Assembly (NCBI GenBank): GCA_013152685.1
Contig: JAADFX010000130.1
Span: 13,913 to 62,453 of the forward strand
Direction: 5' to 3'
Origin: Methanobacteriota archaeon
GTDB taxonomy: Archaea > Hydrothermarchaeota > Hydrothermarchaeia > Hydrothermarchaeales > BMS3B
Length of the DNA: 48,541 nucleotides
Below are positions 1 to 8,556 of this stretch, piece after piece. Under the pieces are notes generated by a model that made no database searches, had not been told where the DNA came from, and worked only from the letters and a program-made list of their open reading frames with translations. The stretch's first letter is position 1, and each line of letters begins with the position of its first letter. A program made the position numbers and the translations under genes.

Positions 1-350
1 TCAATCTGAAACAGGCGCAGTATCGCTATTGTGGTTGCGTCGGTGAAACTAAGCCCAGCTCGCTCAGAATACTTCTCAAAAATTTGGCAGCTCTCTTCAA
101 AAAGACCACCATCCACCCTGATTATCAGCATATCGCTTGCTATGGCACTTTTCATGAATTTCAGTGCAAGTTCTGGCGTGGCTTTTACCTTGAGCAGGGT
201 AACAGTCTCATCAATAATGTAATCAGAGGTATATACTGCACCGAATTTACCAGAAAAGGCGGAGAAGTAAATTCCTAAGGCATCGAGGTGATACCTGTCC
301 TCCTGGTTGAAGGCGCTGAAGAAGATTCCCGTATCGATGAATATTCCCAT
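1..350 (-). CDS. vapC: PIN-domain toxin VapC (partial; 3' end runs off the window)
   Basis: Absent from the ORF track because no stop lies inside the window. Reverse translation from ATG 350-348 gives MGIFIDTGIFFSAFNQEDRYH...YTSDYIIDETVTLL...LSFTDATTIAIL, with PIN-like conserved acidic residues. It starts 1 nt after the stop of the upstream small ORF. GC is visibly lower than in neighbouring genes. Confidence 0.8.
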   Translation of the reverse strand, partial: MGIFIDTGIFFSAFNQEDRYHLDALGIYFSAFSGKFGAVYTSDYIIDETVTLLKVKATPELALKFMKSAIASDMLIIRVDGGLFEESCQIFEKYSERAGLSFTDATTIAILRLFQI

Positions 351-351
351 G

Positions 352-618
352 CTACTCCCCGTAGAGGTATTCATCCACTCTGCGTGCGTCGGTTTTCCCG
401 TACCTGCCCTTTGCTTCGCGGAGTAGCCTGAGCATGGGCTCTTCCCCTTTCCTCCTTTTCAACGAGGCAAGGAATTCGTCCTTCCTCTTCTCAACAAAAT
501 TCATAACTTCCGAGAATGTTTCTCCCAGGCTGCGGCTGCCAATAGCCCTTGAGAGAGCCTCCAGCTTAATTTTATCCTTTTCCGCTATCCGGATAGTCAC
601 ACTCCTCACATTGATCAC
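352..618 (-). CDS. vapB: VapB-type antitoxin (ribbon-helix-helix-like)
   Basis: 88-aa ORF directly upstream of and almost abutting the PIN gene. The N-terminus VTIRIAEKDKIKLEALSRAIG resembles an RHH/CopG-like strand-helix. Confidence 0.65.
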   Translation of the reverse strand: MINVRSVTIRIAEKDKIKLEALSRAIGSRSLGETFSEVMNFVEKRKDEFLASLKRRKGEEPMLRLLREAKGRYGKTDARRVDEYLYGE

Positions 619-689
619 TGTGTCATGTAACGTGTTTCACAATTAAAGATAAAATTGTAAAACCGAAATAGAGTAAAAGATATCCGCAG

Positions 690-1259
690 CTACTCCTCCA
701 CCTCAATCACGAACTCGTCGCCCTCCAGCTTTGTGGAGGCGATTCTCGCGTGCCTGGGCAGGGTGAACAGGGTGAAGTAGGCCCTGTCCCTGGCGTAGCC
801 CCTCACCTCCACCGACTCCCTGAGCCTCTGCACGTCCACGTCCTCCTCGCTCTCAACGCCCGGCATGCGGAGGCGGTAGACAACCCTGTTTCCCCTGCGC
901 TCCACCCTCGTCTCGGGCTCCTCCGTAACCCTTGGCGGCTGGCGCTGCCTGGCCCTGAGGCGCGGGAGGATGTTCCTGTTTTTGAGGCTGCCGAAGGTCT
1001 GCACCTCCACCCGGGGCTCCTTTCCGGGCTCCGAGCTTATCCTTATGCTCACGCCCCCTCTCCTCTCCCCCGGCATCGCAAGCCTGCGGAGCATGCGCTC
1101 TATCTCGCGGAACTCGCGGTCTATCTCATCGAAGATGCCTCTGAAGCCGAGCAGGGCGGGGTACCTCTCGTATGCGCGCTCCCTGCGCAGATCTGCGCCG
1201 CAGTTGGGGCAGTAGTTCCACCTCCTGCGCACTGGCTCGCCGCATCTGAGGCAGCGCAT
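690..1259 (-). CDS. Zinc-ribbon protein with Hsp20/ACD-like C-terminal domain (tentative)
   Basis: The ORF 690-1319 contains an internal start, MRCLRCGEPVRRRWNYCPNCG (CxxC-x12-CxxC), at 1259. That start avoids overlap with tatD. The C-terminal beta-rich segment (VVYRLRMPGV...VEVRGYARDRAYFTLFTLP...FVIEVEE) resembles small-Hsp/CS folds. A start at 1319 remains possible. Confidence 0.5.
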   Translation of the reverse strand: MRCLRCGEPVRRRWNYCPNCGADLRRERAYERYPALLGFRGIFDEIDREFREIERMLRRLAMPGERRGGVSIRISSEPGKEPRVEVQTFGSLKNRNILPRLRARQRQPPRVTEEPETRVERRGNRVVYRLRMPGVESEEDVDVQRLRESVEVRGYARDRAYFTLFTLPRHARIASTKLEGDEFVIEVEE

Positions 1260-1293
1260 ACTCCTACTCTTCCTCCAGAAGGTAATAAACCTT

Positions 1294-2040
1294 TCATATT
1301 CCGTAGAACCTCCTCGCATTTCTGGTGGTGACCCTTACGACCTCCCGCTTCGGGATGCCCCTTATCCCAGCAAGCTCTTCAGCGCTCTTCAGGACGAACA
1401 CAGGCTCATTGCGCCTTCCCTTAAAGGGGGAGAGGTAGGGGGAGTCGGTCTCCAGGAGGAGGCTCTCCAGCGGAAGAGCGCGCGCAAGCTCCCTGTGGTG
1501 CTCCGAGAAGCACAGATTCGTCGCCAGGGAAATAACATACCCGCTCTCAACAATCCTCATCGCCGTCTCCAGGCTGCCGCCGTAGCAGTGGAACAGGGCC
1601 CTCTCCACCTCCAGCTCGAGGAGCACGTGCAGCGCCTCCTCCTCTGCCCCGCGCGCGTGCACCACCAGAGGCATGGAGTACTCCCTCGCGAGGGAGGCAA
1701 CAGCCTTGAACACCTCCCTCTGCTCCTCCGCGCTCTCAGCATCCAGGTGGTAGTCCAGGCCTGCCTCGCCGAGGGCGACCAGTTGCTCAACGCTGCGCTC
1801 TATGCAGTCAAGCAGCGCCTCGAGCTCGCGCCTCTCGAGCCTCGCCACCTTGTAGGGGTGCACTCCCGCGGTGGAGTGGACAAAGTCGTGGCTCGAGGAC
1901 AGCTCAAGGGAGCGCTCCAGCGTTGCCCTGGTTACGGCGCAGTCCACCACACCAACGCCCGCGCGGCGGCACCTTTCCAGCACCTCATCGCGGTCGCGGT
2001 TGAACTTCTTGAAGGAGATGTGAGCGTGGGCGTCGAGCAT
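1294..2040 (-). CDS. tatD: TatD-family metal-dependent hydrolase/DNase
   Basis: N-terminal MLDAHAHI (HxH metal motif). Later H/E/D residues (VHARGAEEE, FHCYGG, LETDSPYL) are typical of TatD. Confidence 0.85.
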   Translation of the reverse strand: MLDAHAHISFKKFNRDRDEVLERCRRAGVGVVDCAVTRATLERSLELSSSHDFVHSTAGVHPYKVARLERRELEALLDCIERSVEQLVALGEAGLDYHLDAESAEEQREVFKAVASLAREYSMPLVVHARGAEEEALHVLLELEVERALFHCYGGSLETAMRIVESGYVISLATNLCFSEHHRELARALPLESLLLETDSPYLSPFKGRRNEPVFVLKSAEELAGIRGIPKREVVRVTTRNARRFYGI

Positions 2041-2156
2041 GCAGCACCCTCGCTTCGAGGGCTAAAAAGCTTTGCGCACACACAAAATTTATATACCGCA
2101 TCCTGTATTACTTTTTACTTAAAACATAATACTAAATATGAGGAGGTGTGTTACAG

Positions 2157-2789
2157 TTGCATATCCCCGACGGGTTCATACCCCTCAGCCAGGCGGCCAT
2201 CTATGCTCTTATTGCCCTCATCTTTGTCGCCCGCTCACTCAGGTGGGCGCGCGAGGAGTTCGGTGAGGTTCCGCTGCTCGCCACCCTCGCCGCCGGCATA
2301 TTCGCAATTCAGGCGCTCAACATCCCCATCCCCTGGGGAACCTCGGGGCACATGACGGGAGGCGTTCTCGCCGCGATACTGCTGGGCTCCCCCTGGGGTG
2401 GAGTCCTCATCCTAACCCTGGTGCTCGTCGTTCAGGCGCTGTTCTTCGCCGACGGTGGCATAACAGTGCTGGGAGCGAACATCCTGAACATGGGTGTCAT
2501 CTCCAGCTTCCTGGGCTACTACACCTACCTCGCCCTCAGGGGCAGGGTGGGCGTTGCCGGCGCAAGCCTTGCCGGAGCCTGGCTCGGCCTTGTGGCTGCA
2601 GCCCTCGCCACTGCGCTGGAGCTCGCCATTGCCGGCACCTTCCCGCTGCGTGAGGGTTTGCTCTTCATGGGGATGTACCACGCCGTCATAGGCCTGGTGG
2701 CCGAGGGCGCCCTCACGGCGCTCGTTGTAACCACAGTGCTGAGGGTAAGCCCCGAAATACTGCCCGCCAGGGCAAGGGAGGTGGCCTAG
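2157..2789 (+). CDS. cbiM: ECF-type cobalt/nickel transporter substrate component CbiM
   Basis: The N-terminus MHIPDGF appears when the TTG at 2157 is used. AGGAGGTG at 2141-2148 gives 8-nt spacing. The track's GTG at 2148 sits inside that ribosome-binding site. The protein is a multi-TM protein. Confidence 0.88.
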   Translation: MHIPDGFIPLSQAAIYALIALIFVARSLRWAREEFGEVPLLATLAAGIFAIQALNIPIPWGTSGHMTGGVLAAILLGSPWGGVLILTLVLVVQALFFADGGITVLGANILNMGVISSFLGYYTYLALRGRVGVAGASLAGAWLGLVAAALATALELAIAGTFPLREGLLFMGMYHAVIGLVAEGALTALVVTTVLRVSPEILPARAREVA

Positions 2790-3068
2790 TTGGAGCGCAG
2801 GTACGCTGCAGCGCTGGGTGTGGTCTTCCTGGTGGCGGTGCTCGCGCCCTTCCTGGCGTCCCCCAACCCCGACGGCCTGGAGAAGACTGCGGAGAAGTTT
2901 GAAAGCGCCCGTGGTATTGATTTTCACCTCCTCCCCTCCCCCTTCCCCGACTACACAGTGCCGGGCATGCCGGGCGCCGCCTCCGAGGTTGCCGCCATGC
3001 TGATAGGCACCGCCCTGGTGTTTGTGCTTGGCCTAGGAGTTGCACGGGCTCTGACGAAGGCGGGATAG
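2790..3068 (+). CDS. PDGLE-domain small membrane protein (CbiN-like accessory component)
   Basis: Signal/TM segment followed by the literal PDGLEKT motif and a C-terminal TM helix. It sits between cbiM and cbiO. Confidence 0.7.
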   Translation: MERRYAAALGVVFLVAVLAPFLASPNPDGLEKTAEKFESARGIDFHLLPSPFPDYTVPGMPGAASEVAAMLIGTALVFVLGLGVARALTKAG

Positions 3069-3914
3069 ATGCACATCATCGAAACTCAGAAGCTCTGCTA
3101 CAGCTACCCCGATGGAACCGCGGCGCTGAGCAATGTGGACTTCCTGGTGCATAGAAGCGAGGCTGTAGCCCTGCTGGGAGCCAACGGCGCGGGTAAGACC
3201 ACTCTGCTGAAGCACCTGAACGGCCTGCTCACCCCGACCTCTGGTAAGGTGCTTGTCGCCGGAGAGGAGGTCACAAAGGGGAACCTGATGTGGGTGCGCA
3301 GGCTGGTGGGGCTGGTGTTCCAGAACCCGGATGAGCAGCTCTTTGCGCCGAGCGTGGCTGAGGACGTGGCCTTCGGGCCGAGAAACCTGGGGCTGAGCGA
3401 GGAGGTTGTGCAGCACCGCGTGGAGGAGGCGCTGCGCATAGTCGGCATGGAGGGCTACGAGGAGAAGGCGCCCCACAACCTGAGCTACGGGGAGAAGAAG
3501 CGCGTCGCCATCGCGGGCGTGCTCGCCATGGAGCCCCAGGTCCTGGTGCTGGACGAGCCCACCTCCGGCCTGGATCCCGCGGGAGCTGAGGAGCTCATCT
3601 CACTGCTCCAGAATCTGCGCAGGCTGGGGCTGAGCATAGTGGTCGCCACCCACGACGTGGACCTCCTGCCGGAGCTGGCTGAGAGGGTGTACCTCCTCCA
3701 CAGGGGCAGCGTTGTCGCCGAGGGAGGCCTCAGGGAGGTGTTCACCGGCGTGGTTGCAGAGTCGCCGGGCAGGTACAGGCTGCGCCTGCCCTACGTGACA
3801 CGGCTACTGCAGAGGCTGCGGGAGATGGGCTTCCAGGTGGAGCTGAAGCTCACCGTGGAGGAGGCGGCAGAGGAGGTGGCAAGGCACCTTGGAGCAGGAG
3901 ATATTCGAGGTTGA
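3069..3914 (+). CDS. cbiO: ECF transporter ATPase (CbiO/EcfA)
   Basis: Walker A GANGAGKTT, ABC signature LSYGEKKRV, Walker B VLVLDEPTSGLD and H-loop ATHD. Confidence 0.9.
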   Translation: MHIIETQKLCYSYPDGTAALSNVDFLVHRSEAVALLGANGAGKTTLLKHLNGLLTPTSGKVLVAGEEVTKGNLMWVRRLVGLVFQNPDEQLFAPSVAEDVAFGPRNLGLSEEVVQHRVEEALRIVGMEGYEEKAPHNLSYGEKKRVAIAGVLAMEPQVLVLDEPTSGLDPAGAEELISLLQNLRRLGLSIVVATHDVDLLPELAERVYLLHRGSVVAEGGLREVFTGVVAESPGRYRLRLPYVTRLLQRLREMGFQVELKLTVEEAAEEVARHLGAGDIRG

Positions 3915-4695
3915 GAGGGAGGCGCTGAAGCGCAGCAGAATTCACGCGCTTGACCCCAGGGTGAAGCTCCTCACCACGCTTCTCATCATCTCCGCGGCTG
4001 TCGCCATAGGGAGGAGTGATGCTGTAGAGGTGGGGAGCAGGCTCCTGAGCCTGGCGCTGCTTCAGGCCTACATCCTCACGCTCGCGTTCCTCGCCGGGCT
4101 GAGGATGCGCCTCTTCCTGATGCGCGTGGGTGTGATACTCCCCTTCGGCGGGGGCATCGCCCTGCTGAAGCCCTTCTTTGAGCCCGGGGAGGTGCTCTTC
4201 TCCTTCTACTTTGTTAAAGTCACCCGCGAGGGTGCTGCCTCCGGCGCGGTGCTCCTCGCGGTAGTCATCCTCTGCGCCTCCGCGGTGGTGCTCCTCTCCT
4301 CCACAACGCGCATGCAGGCGCTCATAGCTGGGCTGCGCAGCTTCCGCCTGCCGGGCGAGGTGGTCCTCCTGCTGGGCATGACTGTGCGCTTCCTCTTCCT
4401 CTACCTCAGAAGCCTCCAGGAGATAGTACAGGCGCAGCGCAACCGCTGCTTTGCCCTGCGCGGCAGGCGCGTGAGGAGAGGCCATGTGCTCCGCGTGCTG
4501 GGCTACACCGCGGCGATGATATTCATCCGCGCGTACAGGCACGGGGAGGCGGTGTACCAGGCGATGCTGAGCAGGGGCTACAGCGCCGAGAGGCTGCGGC
4601 TGAGTGCACCCCGGAAGGTGGGTGCCTCTGACTGGGCTTTCGCCTTAGCGAGCATCGCCGTCGTCGCCCTCTCCGCCTGGGTTGCCCTCAGCTGA
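3889..4695 (+). CDS. cbiQ: ECF transporter transmembrane component (CbiQ/EcfT)
   Basis: Polytopic membrane ORF. The TTG start at 3889 is preceded by AGGAGGTGG at 3871-3879. Arg-rich coupling-helix region (ALRGRRVRRG). Position in the cbi cluster supports the call. Confidence 0.8.
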   Translation: MEQEIFEVEREALKRSRIHALDPRVKLLTTLLIISAAVAIGRSDAVEVGSRLLSLALLQAYILTLAFLAGLRMRLFLMRVGVILPFGGGIALLKPFFEPGEVLFSFYFVKVTREGAASGAVLLAVVILCASAVVLLSSTTRMQALIAGLRSFRLPGEVVLLLGMTVRFLFLYLRSLQEIVQAQRNRCFALRGRRVRRGHVLRVLGYTAAMIFIRAYRHGEAVYQAMLSRGYSAERLRLSAPRKVGASDWAFALASIAVVALSAWVALS

Positions 4696-5632
4696 GGGCG
4701 GGCACCTGGAGGGCGCGGTGGAGCATGTACACCCCAGCGAACACCAGCGCAGCGCCCGCGAGGCGGCGCAGCCAGAGCTCGGGGATGAACTTGGAGTACC
4801 TGGGCCCCAGGAGGGCGCCCAGCACGAGCCCCGGGGCAAGGTTCAGGAAGAGCAGCCAGTCGACGCGCATCCCGAGGAGGAGGTAGTTTGCGCAGCTCCA
4901 CAGGGAGGTGAAGAGCACCGCAGTCAGGGTGGTGCCCACCACCAGGTGCATGGGCAGGCGGTAAACGCTGGCGAGCAGGAAGAGGAACAGGTTTCCGCCG
5001 CCTATTCCAAAGAGGGAGGACACGAAGCCTATGGCAGCGCCGCCCAGCGCGAGCTTCACCGGAGAGAGGCTCAGCGTCTCCCCCGCGAAGGCAAAGGTGA
5101 ACCTGCGCGGAGAGGCGTGCACCGTGGAGTAGCCGCTCTCAGCAAGCTTCTCCCACTCGCCGGTGCGGCGGAGCTCCTTCACCAGGCCCTCGAAGCGCCT
5201 CACCATCCTCACCAGCGGACCCTCCCTGTGCCACTCCCCGCTGAAGGTGTGGGCAGCGATGTAGCTACCGGTGAGCAGGGCGATGGTCCCCATCACCGCC
5301 AGGTAGGCGCCCGAAAAGCTCCTGCCGAAGGCGAGCACCGCAGTGCGGGAGCCGAGAAGCACGCCGAGCAGCACCCCTGCTATGAGGAAGGCAGCGACGG
5401 GAAGCGCCACGCGCCTCTCCCTGAGGTAGGTGCGCAGCCCCACAAGCGCCGCCAGGGAGGTGGAGAGCACATTTATTGGCTGGAGCGCCGTGGTGACGCC
5501 TATGAGGGTCTGGAAGAGGCTGGTAAAGGCCGCACCCGAGACGCTGAGGGTGGAGAAGGCGGCGCCTATGAGAAAGCCCGCCGCCAGGGTTGCGAGGAAG
5601 CCAGCCTCTGCACCGGCGACGGGATAGTGCAT
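4688..5632 (-). CDS. TauE/SafE-family anion permease (DUF81)
   Basis: Two 4-TM halves rich in G/A/L, with GIGGG in the second half, separated by a charged loop of about 65 aa. Confidence 0.7.
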   Translation of the reverse strand: MHYPVAGAEAGFLATLAAGFLIGAAFSTLSVSGAAFTSLFQTLIGVTTALQPINVLSTSLAALVGLRTYLRERRVALPVAAFLIAGVLLGVLLGSRTAVLAFGRSFSGAYLAVMGTIALLTGSYIAAHTFSGEWHREGPLVRMVRRFEGLVKELRRTGEWEKLAESGYSTVHASPRRFTFAFAGETLSLSPVKLALGGAAIGFVSSLFGIGGGNLFLFLLASVYRLPMHLVVGTTLTAVLFTSLWSCANYLLLGMRVDWLLFLNLAPGLVLGALLGPRYSKFIPELWLRRLAGAALVFAGVYMLHRALQVPALS

Positions 5633-5641
5633 CGCCCCACC

Positions 5642-6535
5642 TCAGCCCAGGAGCTCCCTGCCCTTCTGCACGAAGAAGCTGACGAACTCCTCCCTCTCGG
5701 GATGCGCCGAGTCCCTGCGGCACACCACGTAGAGGTGCCTCTCAACCCTGAAGTCGGCAATCTCCCTCACCAGAATTTTTGAGTTCATGCTCCGCGCCGC
5801 CACCTCGGAGGTAATTGCCGCTCCCAGGCCTCGAGCCACCGCCTGGAGCTGGGAGAAGACGCTGTTCACCTCGGCGATGCTCCTTATCTCCTCCGGAGCT
5901 ATGCCGCGCCGCTTTAGCGCGTGGTGCAGGTAGCGCGTTATGCCAGAGCTCTCCGGAAGGGTCACCAGGGGGTGGCGCAGCACCTCCCGAATCGTGAGCT
6001 CGGGCACCTCCGCGAGGGGGTGCCCCCGGCTAAGCGCAAGCACCAGGCGGTCCCTTCCCAGGGGGGTGCACCCGTAGCCAGCGCCGAGCTCGCCCTCCAG
6101 GAAGCACGCCACGGCGATGTCCACCTCGCTGCTCTCCAGCAGCGCGGCGCACTCGGAGGAGTTCTTTATCAGCACCGCGAGCTCAAGCTCGGGCCTGAGG
6201 AGGCGGTACTCGCGCAGCACCTCAGGCAGGAGCACCACTCCAGGGATGTTTCCCAGCGCAATGCGAAGCGGCGGTGTTCTCCGCGCCGCCACCTCCCTCC
6301 TGGCCGCCTCCAGCCTCCTGAGGATGCCCCCAACCTCCTGCACCGCTATCCTGCCCTTCTCGGTGAGCTCCACTCCGGTTTTCTTCCTCTCCAGGAGCTT
6401 CTCCCCGAAGAACTCCTCCACAGCCCTAACGTGGGCGCTGACGGTGCTCACAGAGAGGCCCAGCGCCCTTGCGGCGTAGAGCAGGCTCCCGTGCTCCACC
6501 ACCTTCTGAAAGGTGTGCAGGTACTCCAGCCTCAT
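5642..6535 (-). CDS. LysR-family transcriptional regulator
   Basis: N-terminal wHTH LEYLHTFQKVVEHGSLLYAARALGLSVSTVSAHVRAVEEFFGEKLLER followed by a periplasmic-binding-protein-like effector domain. It is divergent from the multihaem cytochrome gene. Confidence 0.85.
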   Translation of the reverse strand: MRLEYLHTFQKVVEHGSLLYAARALGLSVSTVSAHVRAVEEFFGEKLLERKKTGVELTEKGRIAVQEVGGILRRLEAARREVAARRTPPLRIALGNIPGVVLLPEVLREYRLLRPELELAVLIKNSSECAALLESSEVDIAVACFLEGELGAGYGCTPLGRDRLVLALSRGHPLAEVPELTIREVLRHPLVTLPESSGITRYLHHALKRRGIAPEEIRSIAEVNSVFSQLQAVARGLGAAITSEVAARSMNSKILVREIADFRVERHLYVVCRRDSAHPEREEFVSFFVQKGRELLG

Positions 6536-6566
6536 GGGCGTATATTCCCCCCGGCAGTATTTATAT

Positions 6567-6585
6567 TTTTCGGATTTTCAGAAAA
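6567..6585. promoter_or_regulatory. Dyad TTTTC-N9-GAAAA (T-N11-A-like) in the LysR/cytochrome divergent intergenic region
   Basis: TTTTCGGATTTTCAGAAAA, read directly. It lies between the LysR start (6535) and the cytochrome start (6661). The TATA-like ATTTATATA and the GGAGGTGG ribosome-binding site follow downstream. Confidence 0.25.
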
Positions 6586-6660
6586 ATTGGGCGTTTAATT
6601 CGTATTTTACAAAAGATTTATATACCTCCCGGCGGCAATTTCTCTTCGGAGGTGGTAAAC

Positions 6661-8541
6661 ATGAGGGCTGCAATAGGTGGGGCTGTGCTCCTGCTTGTGC
6701 TCCTCTTCCCGGTGTATGCAGACTCCTGCGTGGACTGCCACGGCAGCAGGGAGAAGATGGAGCAGCTGGGCTACCCGCAGTTCTACTTCCCCCTGGAGGA
6801 GGTGAGGGAGCAGACGGGCATGCCCGCCACCTGCGTGGACTGCCACCTGGGCAATCCCGAGGCAACTGACCTGGAGGAAGCCCACAGGGGCGTGCTCTCG
6901 GTGCAGGTGGTGAGCAAGAAGGCCTTCTCCCTGCTGGACAGGGAGAACCTGATGTCAGCGCTCACGCCCAACGGGAGCAGGCTCACCAGCATGTTGCCAA
7001 AGGACAGGAGGGTGAACACCCTCATATACCACGACCGCGAGCCAGAGCTTTTCACCTTCAACAGGAGCGCTGTGGAGAGGACCTGCGGAAAGTGCCACCC
7101 GCGCCAGGTGGAGGAGTTCGCCCGCACGGTGATGGGCTCTGTGAGGTACCAGAGCATGTACAGGAACTGGACCGACACCCAGCTCGGACCGCACAACTGC
7201 GGCCCCTGGTACCTGGACCACTGGGAGGAAATCGCCAGTGAGAGCAGCGCCAACTACACCTACGAGCAGGCGAGGATAAACCAGAAGGCGTGCAACAGGT
7301 GCCACGTCTCCTGCCTGGACTGCCACTACGCCCCCTTCGAGGGCGAGGGGGTGCACAGGTTTGAGCGCACGCCGTCGCCGGTGAGCTGCTACGGCGGTGG
7401 CAGGGGCTCAATATGCCACGCGGGACCAGAGGAGCGCCGCAGAGGTGCGGGCTACCTGGGTGCGGAGTTCTCGAAGCCTCCTGGAAGGGAGCCGGATGTG
7501 CACGTGAAGTACAACCTCACCTGCGTGGACTGCCATGACCCCCTCGCCAAGGGGGGCATGGGCGGCGTTGAGAGAGAAGCGAGCTGCACCACCTGCCACG
7601 GAGAGATTGCGGAGGCCGTGAGCTCGAGCGACCACGCCAGCGTCGCCTGCGAGTCCTGCCACATAAAGGATGTGGGCGGCTACCAGCTGACGGTGTGGGG
7701 TCCGGGAAAGGTCGCCGGTGTTGCAACGCCCTACAAGAAGTACAGGAACTACTACGGCGAGGCGCCCAATCCGATACTCATCAGAGATGCCTCCGGGAAG
7801 TGGATACCGGTGAAGCCCTTCCCCATGGTCACCGTGGGCGTGGCGAAGGAGGTGAAGGGCAAGCCCGGCCCGAGCTTCAGGAGGAACGGCTCCAGGGACG
7901 CCTTCGCGCTGGTGGGGACCTTCGACGGCCTGCCCGAGAACAACCTGGCTCTGCTCTGGTTCCAGATGGACAAGATGTCCCACGCCATAAGGAAAGAGGC
8001 CAGGGACTGCGAGAGCTGCCACGCCTCGACGGAGCAGGGATTCTACGCGAAGTGGAAGTTCACAGACCAGGGGGCGGAGCCCTTCGAGGGCGAGCACCGC
8101 ATCGTTGCCAACAGCTCTGGGCTATACGCCCTGGGGCTGAGGAACACCACGCCCATAGTCACAAAGAAGGGGTGGAGCATCGCAGACCTGGCGCCCTGGT
8201 ACTACCTGAGGGACAAGTTCTACGCCAGGGGCGACTACTCCCTGCCGGAGGTGGAGGAGGCGAAGTACGCCGCCGCCAGGGCTGAGGCGGAGAGCTTCCT
8301 GGAGGAGTACGCAGCGCTGGAGCAGAGGCTCTCCAGAGCAGGAGATGCGGAGAAGCTGGAAGAGCTGGAGAAGGTCAGGGCGATAGGTGTGCACAACCCG
8401 CAGGAGGGCATCCGCCTGCTGAAGGAGCTGGGAGCGGAGCCCGCTCCCAAGCCTGAGGAGCGCGGAGTGTGCGGCCCCACGGCGGTGGCGCTGCTCGCGG
8501 CGCTCACCCTGGCGCTGGGGCGGTGCCTCAGGAGGGCGTAG
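6661..8541 (+). CDS. Exported multihaem c-type cytochrome (9 CxxCH plus one possible CX8CH) with CGP-CTERM-like anchor
   Basis: GGAGGTGG lies 6 nt upstream of ATG 6661. Signal peptide MRAAIGGAVLLLVLLFPVYA. Haem sites are CVDCH x3, CGKCH, CNRCH, CLDCH, CTTCH and CESCH x2. Many N-x-S/T sequons are present. A coiled-coil segment precedes GVCGPTAVALLAALTLALGRCLRRA. The part of the track ORF upstream of 6661 overlaps lysR. Confidence 0.85.
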   Translation: MRAAIGGAVLLLVLLFPVYADSCVDCHGSREKMEQLGYPQFYFPLEEVREQTGMPATCVDCHLGNPEATDLEEAHRGVLSVQVVSKKAFSLLDRENLMSALTPNGSRLTSMLPKDRRVNTLIYHDREPELFTFNRSAVERTCGKCHPRQVEEFARTVMGSVRYQSMYRNWTDTQLGPHNCGPWYLDHWEEIASESSANYTYEQARINQKACNRCHVSCLDCHYAPFEGEGVHRFERTPSPVSCYGGGRGSICHAGPEERRRGAGYLGAEFSKPPGREPDVHVKYNLTCVDCHDPLAKGGMGGVEREASCTTCHGEIAEAVSSSDHASVACESCHIKDVGGYQLTVWGPGKVAGVATPYKKYRNYYGEAPNPILIRDASGKWIPVKPFPMVTVGVAKEVKGKPGPSFRRNGSRDAFALVGTFDGLPENNLALLWFQMDKMSHAIRKEARDCESCHASTEQGFYAKWKFTDQGAEPFEGEHRIVANSSGLYALGLRNTTPIVTKKGWSIADLAPWYYLRDKFYARGDYSLPEVEEAKYAAARAEAESFLEEYAALEQRLSRAGDAEKLEELEKVRAIGVHNPQEGIRLLKELGAEPAPKPEERGVCGPTAVALLAALTLALGRCLRRA

Positions 8542-8556
8542 CCCTCCCTTTATTTT

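Noticed and set aside
2041-2156. Possible cobalamin or Ni/Co riboswitch ahead of cbiM
   Set aside because: The 115-nt leader is AT-rich promoter DNA. I saw no conserved B12-box or NiCo-like paired elements.
1495-2355. 286-aa plus-strand ORF
   Set aside because: It is antisense to tatD and then runs through the cbiM promoter and 5' end. This is incompatible with the well-supported genes on both sides.
4682-5782. 366-aa plus-strand ORF
   Set aside because: It is antisense to the TauE/SafE permease and the end of lysR. It is highly charged and low in complexity, and it lacks start-site signals.
6469-6660. N-terminal 64-aa extension of the long cytochrome ORF in the track
   Set aside because: It overlaps the lysR coding region and the AT-rich promoter. 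The ATG at 6661 has a GGAGGTGG ribosome-binding site and starts a proper signal peptide.
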